From: Eledone cirrhosa
Lineage: Eukaryota
Length of the DNA stretch: 64,000 nt
Assembly (NCBI GenBank): GCA_964016885.1
Contig: OZ024743.1
Location: 82,522,001 to 82,586,000 of the forward strand
Direction of reading: 5' to 3'
Made by a program: the position numbers and the translations under genes. The notes under the pieces are model-generated. The model made no database searches, had not been told where the DNA came from, and saw only the letters and a list, made by a program, of their open reading frames with translations. Positions within the stretch are counted from its first letter, which is position 1. The number at the start of each line of letters is the position of its first letter. Shown one piece after another: positions 40,771 through 53,534 of this stretch.

Positions 40771-41990
40771 TATAATTCTTTTCTTTGTTTAGTGCCTCTC
40801 CTTTGTTAGGAGAGGCACAAAACAAAGAAAAGAATCCCCAGTCACTGAAGAGGTCACAGAATGTGTGACAAAAGAACTTTAACAATATATGAACAACCAT
40901 CTGGTTGTGGAACCAACCAACCAACCGGAAATTTATAATAAATTGAAGTGAAAGCACTGGTGCGTGTATTTCTTATTGGCAACATGACCCTCCCAAAGTA
41001 TAACAATATATATATATATATTTGAACTCATAATATTATAATATTATAAAATTAAATCAGATTGTTTAGAACTACAAGTGAAGTTATTATTTTCCTTTTT
41101 TCAAATATACCTAACTGTTACAAGTATGTCACACATGTTCCTATACATATATGTGTGTTAAGGTGAAAAGAATACTAACTATAGACAATATTATAATTCT
41201 TTTCTTTGTTTAGTGCCTCTCCTTTGTTAGGAGAGGCACAAAACAAAGAAAAGAATCCCCAGTCACTGAAGAGGTCACAGAATGTGTGACAAAAGAACTT
41301 TAACAATATATGAACAACCATCTGGTTGTGGAACCAACCAACCAACCGGAAATTTATAATAAATTGAAGTGAAAGCACTGGTGCGTGTATTTCTTATTGG
41401 CAACATGACCCTCCCAAAGTATAACAATATATATATATATATTTGAACTCATAATATTATAATATTATAAAATTAAATCAGATTGTTTAGAACTACAAGT
41501 GAAGTTATTATTTTCCTTTTTTCAAATATACCTAACTGTTACAAGTATGTCACACATGTTCCTATACATATATGTGTGTTAAGGTGAAAAGAATACTAAC
41601 TATAGACAATATTATAATTCTTTTCTTTGTTTAGTGCCTCTCCTTTGTTAGGAGAGGCACAAAACAAAGAAAAGAATCCCCAGTCACTGAAGAGGTCACA
41701 GAATGTGTGACAAAAGAACTTTAACAATATATGAACAACCATCTGGTTGTGGAACCAACCAACCAACCGGAAATTTATAATAAATTGAAGTGAAAGCACT
41801 GGTGCGTGTATTTCTTATTGGCAACATGACCCTCCCAAAGTATAACAATATATATATATATATTTGAACTCATAATATTATAATATTATAAAATTAAATC
41901 AGATTGTTTAGAACTACAAGTGAAGTTATTATTTTCCTTTTTTCAAATATACCTAACTGTTACAAGTATGTCACACATGTTCCTATATAT
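40739..41990. repeat. 421-bp unit tandemly triplicated
   Basis: Identical ORF-track entries at 40754, 41175 and 41596 (period 421); each unit has a 28-bp-arm hairpin and a hammerhead-like PLE terminus. Confidence 0.95.
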
Positions 41991-42311
41991 ATGTGTGTGT
42001 GTATGTGTGTGTGTGTGTGTGTACATTGAGGATATAGAAAGTACACCCTATCAAGGTCAGTACCCATAAAATATCGTAATTTCAATATATATGCACACTT
42101 TACTTATGTATTGAGTACGCTTTTCTCTCGTCCTTCAACTACATGTAAAATATATATATATATATATATATATTATACAGATACATACATAGCGGTGCCT
42201 TACCATGCACCCAGCTCGCCGGCTGGAACTCGTAATATATACACGTATATATAACTCTGAATTTGCGTTACGTTTCGCTTTTCCTACCTGCCGAAATGCG
42301 ATTCTCGCTGA

Positions 42312-42872
<561 letters not shown>

Positions 42873-42873
<1 letters not shown>

Positions 42874-43121
42874 AACTTTGATAACTTTGATAGGTTTCGG
42901 CCAGTATTGGCCCAGGCCATGTCTAACTTAATACCACCACCTGGCGAAGTCTTACAAATCACTGTTTGGGCACCATGGCCCACTCGAGCAGAGAGTTATT
43001 GTTTACGGAGGCATATCCGGGTGTAAGAGGTTTATCCAGGACTTCTTGAAGGAATTTGTCCAAAGACTTCTTGAACTTGATGGAGTCTGGTTCTGCTTTG
43101 ATGTATTTTGGTGTAATGTTA
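42873..43121 (-). mobile_element. 5'-truncated LINE (CR1/L2-group-like) ORF2 C-terminus plus 3' UTR in (TA)n
   Basis: [47 protein letters not shown]; tandem tail tatcaaagt x2. Confidence 0.75.
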
Positions 43122-43124
43122 ATA

Positions 43125-43166
<42 letters not shown>

Positions 43167-43168
<2 letters not shown>

Positions 43169-43358
43169 ACGAACGAACTGTGGTAAGGAACCAGATGGAC
43201 CATAACGCACCAAAGTACTCAATACTTAGGGTAGTAGAGTGGGTAGTAGGAACAAGTATGACCCCGACCGCTATTTATTTACCAGGCTAAAAATTCTTAT
43301 TTAGTTCAGAATTAGCCGTCGAAACGGCTTGAGCTCTGCCGTCGGGGTCATACTTGTT

Positions 43359-43362
<4 letters not shown>
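43167..43362. mobile_element. PLE-type family X module with an alternative inversion junction
   Basis: Inverted tail joins at ccccgac into the stem II 5' arm, retaining the loop II sequence shared with 46824-46860. Confidence 0.8.
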
Positions 43363-43415
<53 letters not shown>

Positions 43416-44077
43416 GTAAGTAGTTGATGGACGAGAGATATACACATAATATTCTATTTATTGGACACGTACGTTTCTATAAGATGATGATGATGATGAT
43501 GTCTCCCGCGCATCCAATTGGTCGAATAACCGAGTGATGTGTTCATTGAATTAGACCCTAATGTGGTTGAGTATTCCAGAGACAAGTGGAGACTTAATGC
43601 AATTACAAAATTGAATCAGTGTGACACAGAATGTGACAATCCTGAGCCATTCAATGACAAGCACGGTCCACCCCACGTATTTCCCTCATCTCACTCTTAT
43701 TCCGAAGGCCTGGGTATATGTATGTATGTATATATGTATGTATGTATATGTATGTATGTATATATGTATGTATGTATATGTATGTATTATATAGACACAC
43801 GAACGTATATGCCAAACTGTGTATGTATGTATTATGTATATGTGTGTGTCCAAATATTTCGTTAACATCAGTTACTATACACACACACATACACACACAC
43901 TCACACACATATACACACATATATAATGATTTTCTGCGCAGTACTTTACTTAATATAGAGTACTAAGTTCAATAAGTTTCTTATTGGATTTAACCAGTAA
44001 TATCTCACCTCACTCTCTCTTTCTTTTTCCTTCTCTCTCTTTCTCTCTCTATCTCTATCTATCTATATCTATATATC

Positions 44078-44133
<56 letters not shown>

Positions 44134-44304
44134 GATATATATATATATAAAGAATATTATATATATAAAGAATAATATAATTATATATATAAAGTATATA
44201 ATAATAATATTATATATATAAAGAATAATATATAAAGAAAGACTGAAGAGAAAGTTGAATGTTTTTCTGGAGCTGAGTAAGGTACAAAATGCCGGATGTA
44301 ATAC

Positions 44305-44510
44305 ATGTTTGCATGTCTATATCATAGATGGTAAGGAGATCCATCATGGCGGCCGGGTTATGTAATTTAGGCAATGCGTGTTTGCATGTCTATATCATAG
44401 ATTGTAAGGAGATCTGTTATGGCAGCGAGGTTGTGCAATGTGTAATGTATGTTTGCATGTCATTAAAGTAGATTGTAAGGAGATCTGATATGGCAGTGAG
44501 GTTATGCAAG
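44305..44510. repeat. Three diverged tandem units of about 70 bp
   Basis: tgtttgcatgtc...agat(g/t)gtaaggagatc...atggc x3. Confidence 0.8.
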
Positions 44511-44860
44511 AGATAGTGGCTTAGATAGATTGTTGTTGGTGTGTTGACTTGAGTGAAACTGGGGCGGCAATCAGTCTAATATAGTGAAATATAACACTGA
44601 CTGTCAGGGCAGAGGTAAATATCGATATAGATAGACGGACCAATGAATAGGTATCTGGATGGATAGATGTTTAGATGATAGACAAGTATGTATATATATA
44701 TATAGATTTGTGTGTCTGTGTGTGTGTATAGTAATCTATGAATGCGTGGTGTTGTTTCTTCGACGACTGGTCCCTGTATCATAAAAAGAAAATCTTTTTC
44801 GGGGAAATTATTGCATTTTTCCAAATCTATAGGAACTTTCAATATTTATTTTAGTTTTTG

Positions 44861-44965
44861 ACGTCTGAAGAGCTCAGGCTATCTTAACTGATAGTCCTCA
44901 GTGAAATATGTATAACAGAGTTTTAAATAAACCTGAATCAACTGAATATAGCCTTCGATCTTTTG

Positions 44966-44968
<3 letters not shown>
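44861..44968 (+). ncRNA. Minimal hammerhead plus PLE-type tail ending in (TA)n (family W)
   Basis: CTGAAGA-GCTCAGGCTATC/GATAGTCCTCAGT-GAAA-TATG-TA; AATAAA; homologous to 48534-48640. Confidence 0.7.
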
Positions 44969-44999
<31 letters not shown>

Positions 45000-45002
45000 A
45001 TT

Positions 45003-45193
45003 AGGGCGGTGGATTGGCAGTATCGGTAGAGGGTCGGACGCCATGCTTTGTCGCAAAGAGTTACGGCCCTTTCCATTCTGAGTTCAAATCCCGCCGAGGT
45101 TAACTTTGCCTTTCATCCTTACGGGGTCGATAAAATAAAGTACCAGTAATACACTGGCTAATTGCTGGCCTTGTGCCTAAAGTAGAGACAATT
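45003..45193 (+). mobile_element. Full-length Meta-domain SINE
   Basis: Intact A/B boxes, Meta core and tail. Confidence 0.9.
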
Positions 45194-45224
45194 ATATATA
45201 TATATATATATATATAAAGGAACG

Positions 45225-45432
45225 ATCGACTTTCGTCAAATCGGACCGAGGGAACAATATTTCCGTTGGTCTTTCCAATTGCTAACACTATCTATCGGTC
45301 GCAACTCCAGGTAGAAGGAGCAACGTGAAATAAAGTGTCTTGTTCAAGGACATAACGCATCACCTGGTCCAGGAACCGAACTCACAACCTTACGATTGCG
45401 AATCCAATTCTCTAACCACTCAGCCACACGCC
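45225..45432 (-). mobile_element. CORE-type SINE with a distinct 3' tail
   Basis: tRNA head and CORE-like box on the minus strand; tail shared with 63321-63490. Confidence 0.8.
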
Positions 45433-45489
45433 TTCATATATATATTTATATATATAATATTAAAGATACTAATTATAGTTATGTATGTA

Positions 45490-45696
45490 TGGAGCTTACT
45501 GTCCAGAGCCAACTCTTACACGGGAGGACGCCGTCCGTGCAATTTATGCTCGGAGGAAACTTTACAAATGTTGTTTTCGACGGATCAACTCCTAAACGAG
45601 AAAGACGAACTGGTAACTGCATGCAAACACAGATTGCGTAGGACTTACCTCGCCCTCAAACCCCATAATGACCGGGGGGGTAGACAAGGGCTGTAA
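45490..45696 (+). pseudogene. Penelope-like element GIY-YIG endonuclease C-terminus (Neptune/Naiad-like Cys/His motif), 5'-truncated
   Basis: WSLLSRANSY..GRRPCNLCSEETLQML....LLNEKDELVTACKH matches the PLE W.IL..A..Y....K.C.LC..EK..I.....LLN.R.EL...CRH pattern. Confidence 0.8.
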
Positions 45697-46918
45697 CACC
45701 CCACTTTGTAATGGGTAACCCCTGGCTTGCAAAGGTAGACGTAAGATCTTTTATATCTTTTTATCGTTTCCCCTATATTTCCTTCTTCCCCCATCCCTTC
45801 CTAGTCCTTCCACCCCAGTCCTCCTTCTTTGTCGTCGTCCTTTTCACTTTCTCGCCCACTCGAGGCAGCCCCTCGGTCCTTTGTAGCCTCAGTACTCCAC
45901 CCCATCCCCTATTCTATGATAGAATTGGCCGACTCCGCTTTTTATAGCAGATGTGATAGACTCCAGAAACTTGCTTTCTTATCCGATGGCTGCCCCATTT
46001 CCGTGCTTTGCTTTCTACATTTCTTAGTGGTATCTCTGCTTTAATTTCTCGTATATCAGTATTTTTTTTTTGGGGGGGGGGGGGTCTGAATTAATTTTCC
46101 GTATCAAATTTTTCATATGCTTCGTACGCGCATTTATGTAGTTTGCACTAGAATTTTTGTATCGTAGTAGCGGCACCCTTAGAGATAGTATTAGTATTCA
46201 TTTTCGGGATTCTGAATTATTATTTCGTAATAGTTTATTTTTTGCACTGGGTGGTTGCTGGCCTTGTGGCTAGGGTAGAAACAATTATTTCGTATTAGTT
46301 TCGGGACTCTGAATTATTATTTCGTGGTAGTTTCTTTAGTATTTTGGCCCCCCACTTGTTGACCTGTCACCGTAAGATATACTCGGTTGATTACTACTAA
46401 CTCTTAAAATGGTCTCACTACAATTCCGTCCCACCTAGTAAACTTTTCTATAGTTTAGCAGTACCAGTGAGAGACTTGATGACTGTGGTTAGGGAATAGT
46501 AACCAGAAATTGTTTTTTTATATTTTTAACATTCTTGGTATTCTTCTATATATTTATTCCATATTGATTTACTTATTGTTTCGACTTCCTCCCAATCCCC
46601 CTCCCTAGTATACTTGCTTGACCTCCTGCCCTGCTGTAGTTGGCACTATCAACGCACGATTGGGTTTCCTCCACTACCTCTCCCTCTTTCTTCTACTGGC
46701 AGGTTCAGCTACCCCTTCCTTCTACAAATTGCTATGATAGAATTATGTGTCTCAACAACAAACTTTTGACCAATCCTTGTGACAATCACTTTTACCATAT
46801 ATGGAATTACCCCCTGAGAAGCTCGGTTATTCATATACCAGGATAAACATTTTCATTTAGTCCAGAATTAGCCGTCGAAACGGCTTGAGCTCAGCCGTCG
46901 GGGTCCTGCTCGTTCCTA
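45490..46918 (+). mobile_element. Putative 3' portion of a PLE: endonuclease end, 3' region, family X hammerhead terminus
   Basis: Continuous low-microsatellite sequence from the ORF end to ctgagaag..cggttattc..gaattagccgtc-GAAAC-ggcttgagc...ttccta(TA)n; a small SINE tail is inserted at about 46247-46290. Confidence 0.55.
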
Positions 46919-46944
46919 TATATATATATAATATATATATATAT

Positions 46945-47420
46945 ATTAGAATTGTTGCTCTGAAATAGCTATATATATATGAATGTATATATAGTGTATT
47001 AGGCAATACACTGTATGCTTAATAAAAAGCATTTTGAAGACCTTATGCTATTGTTTTAGAGTAGTGACAGACCCACTTACTTTAATTTCAGCAAACAGGG
47101 GGAGGTAAAGCTGACAAGGTCTTGTTTCTGCATTTATTGATGCTTATCAAAGCCAACTACTCCTCCCGTTTGCTGAGAACCTGGATGTTTTGGTTCTTAT
47201 AGAATTCTAGTAAATAATCAGGAACTGATTATACAGAGCGGTTGCCGGTCAAGCAGAAATTAAAAATTAGAATTGTTGCTCTGAAATATATATATGAATG
47301 TATATATAGTGTATTTTGCAATACACTGTATGCTTAATAAAAAGCATTTTGAAGACCTTATGCTATTGTTTTAGAGTAGTGACACTACTCTAAAACAATA
47401 GCATAAGGTCTTCAAAATGC
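46945..47420. repeat. Direct repeat of about 120 bp whose second copy ends in a perfect 38-bp-arm hairpin
   Basis: Copies at about 46945-47068 and 47266-47383; hairpin arms 47344-47381 and 47383-47420. Confidence 0.9.
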
Positions 47421-48309
47421 AATGAAGTTGGACAGACAGCTGGTGATGTGTGTTCCGTTTTCACGGTGTCCGTGTTTTCGTTTTACTGTCTTTATTCCAT
47501 TTTCCCTTATACGCATCGCTCCGTCGGAAGCTATATGTACTTTACAGGCGCCATTTTAACTTGAATGATATATAAGTAGGAGAACTGTGCAGCCTTGACA
47601 ATACCTTAGGTACAGAAACGGTAACTGGAAGAAGCAGACGACAATAAAATAGGAATTAAAGGAACTAAAAAAGGAAGTCTTCTTCGGGTCTGACTGAGAT
47701 TTTACTGATGGCAACCTCATATCTTTATTACTCCACTTTAAATAGAAAAACTACATAAATCACATCTTGGTTTGAGGCCGCTTAGGAAGACAGGAATAGC
47801 AGATGAAAATTCACCAACATTCTACCCACCACACCTCCTTTCTCTCCGTCTGTTTGTCACACTCTCTCTCATTGATATATATTTATATATATACAGAGAG
47901 AGGGGGGAGGGTTGGCGAGAAAGAAAGTTATGAGTGTGTGTATTCCTATCTATTTCTATTTTTCTTCCTTTCTGCATTCTCTCTTTCACCTGCCCCCCTC
48001 TCTTCTCTCTCTCTCTCTCTCTTTACATATATATATATATCTTATTTTCTCTCGGTTTGTCTCTCCCTTTTTTCAAAGTCATCTACCCTCCCACAGAAAC
48101 CTCATTTCATTTATATATATATATATGTGTGTGTGTGTTTGTGTGTGTATGTGTATATATAATATAGGTGTGTGTTTCGTGTGTATATATTTCCACACTA
48201 TCACATTATTCTTCCTGTCAAAAATGATTGAAACGGCCGACATTATTTCCCCCTCGTCTTCCTTTGTTTCTCTAACTCTTTATTTCTTATTCCCCTCTCT
48301 CTCAAACAT

Positions 48310-48378
<69 letters not shown>

Positions 48379-48533
48379 TCCTTCTCATTTCCACTCTCCC
48401 ACTCCTCCTCTCACTCACTCCCTCTATATCTCTTTCTCCCTCTCTATCTCTCGCTCTCTGTATAAATTTCGAAGGAGTTTTAGAATTTCAAGAAGTTTTT
48501 TTTAACATTTATTAGATTTTAAAGGTTTTTATG

Positions 48534-48640
48534 TCGACTGGTGGGCTGAGGGTATCTAGAAGTCCTCAGTGAAATATGTATCACGGAGATATAGATAAAC
48601 CGAAATCAACTGTTTGTGGCCTCCGATCTTTTTAATACTA
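48534..48640 (+). mobile_element. Family W PLE-type terminus with mutated hammerhead core
   Basis: ctggtgg-gctgagg...cctcagt-GAAA-TATG-TA-tcac; tail homologous to 44910-44968. Confidence 0.65.
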
Positions 48641-48641
48641 A

Positions 48642-49570
48642 TCTATATATATATAACTGAGGATGTCTGTCTGTGTCTGTGTGAGTTTGAATCCCTAAAA
48701 CTCGAGAACCGCCCAACCGACTGTTTTCAAACTTTACACATGTAATACTAATGTTTCAGGGAGTGTTCTGAGCCAAAAAAATTTCAAATTTTCAATGTAC
48801 TAGGGACCGCATTAGGCGGTTTAGCGATCTCTCTCTATAATTCTTAGTCTTTCTCTTTTTAGATGGATACATACATATAACGTCGCGCCCTTATACTATC
48901 TGTCTGTATGTCTGGCTGTCTGTATTACGTCACTTCCGTGAGGATGTCTGTCTGTGTGTGTGTGTCTGTGAGTTTGAATCCCTAAAACTCGAGAAGTACC
49001 TAACCGACTTTTTTAAAACTTTACATGTGTATTACTTATGTTTCAGGGAGTGTTATGCACATAAAAAATTCAACTTTTTGATACCCCAAGGTCCGCATTA
49101 GTTGAAAAACTACATTTTTTCAGGTTTTTAGGGGGTTTTTTTAGTCGGTACGTCAGACTGATTTCCTTGAAATAGTAACTATGTATTAGTCAGTCTCTTC
49201 TTCATACCGTGAACAAAGAAAATCCAACTTTTTTATGGCCTAGGGCCCGCATTAGGTGAAAAACCTTATTTTTTTCAGCTTTTTAGGACTTTTTTGAGGC
49301 GTTACGTCTAGCCGATTTTTCCCGAAATTTCAAGGCATATTATGCACATAAAAAAAATTCATTTTCTTGATCCCCTAGGGTCCGCATTAGGTGAAAACCT
49401 GCATTTTTCCTGCTTCATCGAGGAAAATCTTAATGATTATCCAGCCATCAGAGTATTCGGTTTATTTTCTTTACATATTGTCGAGGCATGCAGTTTTTCC
49501 CCGATTAGGTCTGTTGGCGGTCCGCGTTCCAAAATACCTTATCCCGTGCAGCGCCGGGTACCACTGCTAG
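48642..49570 (+). mobile_element. Non-autonomous Helitron
   Basis: A|TC start, subterminal hairpin cccgtgcagcgccggg, CTAG|T end; internal duplications (48659 vs 48940; ccgcattag x4). Confidence 0.85.
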
Positions 49571-49631
<61 letters not shown>

Positions 49632-49633
49632 AT

Positions 49634-49665
<32 letters not shown>

Positions 49666-49931
49666 TAATAATAAGTATAAATCGATGTTGTAGCCGCAAT
49701 ATACCAGATACCTATTGAATTATTTGAGGCAGTCACAAAGCACTCAATGGTGTGGAAAGTTAATACATTTTCGTCCAAAGTAAACACAAAGTTAAGTGTA
49801 AGTGGCCATATTTATACCACAACGATATATAGAAAGAGGTTGAAGAATTGTATTTATTGTAGACGTGGTATAAGTATGGCCATGTGCATTTGGTCGTTTT
49901 TCTTGGTGTCCCACATTCTTAACACACACAC

Positions 49932-49994
<63 letters not shown>

Positions 49995-50010
49995 ACTGAA
50001 ACACACACAC

Positions 50011-50118
<108 letters not shown>

Positions 50119-50411
50119 CAGTCCCTTTACACGTCATATTGATAACTTCGAGTTAATCTGTGTCGTGTGAATGAAATTTAGTAGACGGAAACTGCAGAAA
50201 CCCGTTTTATATGCGTGTGTGTGTGTGTCTGTGTGTGTGTATGTTAGTGTGTGTTTACACGTGAATGTCTGCTAGACAGTTTGTTCTTACTAGCTTTGAA
50301 CTAGGCCAGACGAAACGAAATGGTCCCTCTAACTCAACAATCTACCTAGACCTGCATAAAGTACTGCCCTCGTCTGTGGTCTTCTCAGTTTCTGTATAGC
50401 ACACACACACA

Positions 50412-50493
<82 letters not shown>

Positions 50494-50648
50494 TTCGTTT
50501 GTTTAGTAATTCTAAAGGTTGAAATATGTTATCCCTGTCTGCTTTATATAACTGAATTGTTAAAAGTACGTGTATTTCTCGAGATTGCAGCACATTTTGG
50601 GACTTCCAAAGTGGCTGAAAAATAAAAATAGACTTTGTTTATGGCGTC

Positions 50649-50800
50649 CAGTGTAGCAAATAGGGTTGGTAACATTGCTGTATGTTCAGTGTAGCAAGTA
50701 GGGTTGGTAACATTGCTGTATGTTTAGTGTAGCAAGTAGGGTTGGTAACATTGCTGTATGTTCAGTGTAGCAAGTAGGGTTGGTAATATTGCTCTATGTT
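50649..50800. repeat. 38-bp unit x4
   Basis: cagtgtagcaagtagggttggtaacattgctgtatgtt. Confidence 0.93.
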
Positions 50801-51021
50801 TTCATTGTCATTTTTTTTTTTTTTCTTATCTGGGAATAAAATCTGTCGAATAATCAGGAGGTACACCAGGTCCAAACACAGAGGATCTAAACTCCCACTG
50901 TCACCGCCTCTGTCTCTCCCACCCTCCCCATATCATGAGAAAATGGGGGCCATGCGATGGTAAGGTATTTACCAACAACACACCACTATTATTCTGCAGC
51001 CTATATATGTATTCAATACCT

Positions 51022-51205
51022 ATTATCTAATAAACCTTTATTTTATCGACCTCGTAAGGATGAAAAGCAAAGTTAACTTCAAATGCCGCCGAGGTTACCT
51101 TTACCTTTCATCCTTACGGGGTCGATAAAATAAAGTACCAGTAATGTACTGGGATAATTGCCGGCCTTGTGCCAAAAAGTAGAAACAATTATCTAATAAA
51201 CCTTT
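51022..51205 (+). mobile_element. 5'-truncated Meta-SINE with inverted duplication and 18-bp TSD
   Basis: TSD attatctaataaaccttt at 51022-51039 and 51188-51205; 51036-51080 is the reverse complement of 51091-51135. Confidence 0.85.
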
Positions 51206-51530
51206 CCTATTGTGTGGTTTGGTATTAACTGGTCTAAGATCAATTCGTTATGAGAGAAGTGACTATAACTATTTCGATAGAACGAGATTACAACCAGGCC
51301 GATTTAATGAGCCACCGTCGTTAAGTGAAGGGTAGCTCTATGTGAAATACATGTCAGATCGTTAAGAGAGGAATGGCTGTATTTGTAATTCATGTGAAAT
51401 TGCTTTACGACTAGGTCGATGGGACGAAACCTAGTCGTTAAGCGAGGAATAATCTGTATTGTAAGAGTTTCACTAGATTTTCTACGAGAAGAAACAGAAT
51501 TGAAACGTTTGTACAACTTACAATATGTCC

Positions 51531-52032
51531 AGATAGATAGAGTAGGGAGATATAGAGTAGGGAGATATAGATAGATTAGGGAGATATACATAGAGTAGGG
51601 AGATATAGATAAAGTAGGGAGATATAGATAGATTAGGGAGATATACATAGAGTAGGGAGATATAGATAGAGTAGGGAGATATAGATAGAATAGGGAGTTA
51701 TAGATAGAGTAGGGAGATATAGATAGATTAGGGAGATATAGATAGAGTAGGGAGATATAGATAGATTAGGGAGATATAGATAGAGTAGGGAGTTATAGAT
51801 AGAATAGGGAGATATAGATAGAGTAGGGAGATATAGATAGAATAGGGAGATATAGATAGAATAGGGAGATATAGATAGAGTAGGGAGATATACATAGGGT
51901 AGGGAGATATAGATAGATTAGGGAGATATACATAGAGTAGGGAGTTATAGATAGAGTAGGGAGATATAGATAGAGTAGAGGGATATAGAGTAAGGAGATA
52001 TAGATAGATAGAATAGGGAGGTATAGATAGAT
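51531..52032. repeat. 19-bp purine-rich minisatellite (tagggagatatagatagag)
   Basis: Direct reading. Confidence 0.93.
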
Positions 52033-52193
52033 ACGTGTACGGACAGACAGATGTTGTTGCTAAGGGCAACGAGGGTTATCATCTTCAGACCTATTACTGC
52101 TCGTTGTGATATTCCTCTTCAGTTCTATCTCTTTCTTTAACCCAGCTAAACTTTATAAACTACTTCTCTCTTGTTTTACACATACACATACAT

Positions 52194-52232
<39 letters not shown>

Positions 52233-53167
52233 CACACACATACACACACACACATGTACACACATACATGTACACACACACGTAGATAAGTCTCCGCCCC
52301 TTTTTCAATCTCCTTCACCAAGATTTATGTGTATGTATCTGTGTCTGCTCCTCTGTTAGTGTATACTTATATTTACACACACACACACACACACACACAT
52401 GGGCATCTGTTTGATTTTGAATTTGTGTGTGTGTGTGCGTATACATATGAATGTGTATGTATGAACATCTGTATGGTCGCGTATCTACGAGTGTCTTCCT
52501 GCCCATATCTGTGTGTGTGTGTGTCTGTATGAGTGTGTTCCTGTCCATATCTACGTGTGTGTGTGTGTATTTGAGCATCTGTATGTGCGTTCGAACACAT
52601 ACCTACGTGTGTGTTAGTGCGTGTGTGTATGTTGAGATAGAATATCTGCTACAAACCTGAGATACTACAATACTGAAGTTGTTCTCTGGAGGTTTCAGGT
52701 CAACTACTCTCATTAAAAAGAGATTCTTTCTACGGCTTCCTTCATTCGTCAACGATGTTTATATATCACCACTGCCACCACTACCACATCGCCACTACAA
52801 CTACCACAACAACAACACCGCCTCCATCATCTACATCACCACCACCATCATCTACACCACGCCCACAATCCATCCCAAACACTATCATAGTTAATCCTGC
52901 TGTTACACACACACACACACAGACACACATATGCACTTAGACACATACACCCTACACACATACAGACATACAGACGCACATATAAACACACATACATACA
53001 CACACACACACAGAAACACACACACAGAGAAACACACACACAGTCCCCTATTCTTGCTACCACAGTCGTTCCACTCTCAGATTCCACAAATTAACTTAAA
53101 ACAAACCTTAGTCCCCCTCTTTTCTCAGCAAATGTTTTAATTTAATATTCGAAGAAGTAAGATCTCC

Positions 53168-53290
53168 TGGATTGGCAGAATCGGTAGAGCGTCGATGGAA
53201 ATACCTTGCGGTATTTAATCACCATCCTTTACGCGCACAGTTCAAATCCCACCGGAGTCGATTTTACCATTCATCCTTCCGGGGTCTAAT
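53168..53290 (+). mobile_element. Older Meta-domain SINE, 3'-truncated
   Basis: ggattggcagaatcggtagagc head; agttcaaatccc; ttcatccttccggggtc. Confidence 0.7.
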
Positions 53291-53534
53291 GTATCTGGGA
53301 AGTGTGTAGAAGTGGGTAATATCCTTCCACCCCCAACCCACCCCTATCAGTCAGAAATGGGATAATACCGACGCAAGCATCTTTCAGTGTATATATATAT
53401 ATATATATACTTGCATGGATCCGTAACTCCTACGGGAGTCATTGGGGTGCCATATTAACATACGGAGTTTCTAGGGCATTTTAAAACTCGGTGGAGCCCA
53501 TCTCCTCTCCAGTATATATATATATATATATATA

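Noticed and set aside
40754-41799. Three identical 67-aa ORFs as a small gene cluster
   Set aside because: Antisense reading of a triplicated non-coding PLE terminus with a non-ATG start
47368-47410. gttttagag...ctctaaaac resembling a type II CRISPR repeat/anti-repeat
   Set aside because: Only about 9 bp of similarity, no repeat-spacer array, no cas genes, eukaryotic context; explained by a fold-back
50649-50800. 38-bp repeat array as CRISPR
   Set aside because: Head-to-tail units without unique spacers
51531-52032. Telomere-like TTAGGG/TAGGG occurrences
   Set aside because: Single hexamers within a 19-bp minisatellite, not tandem telomeric repeats
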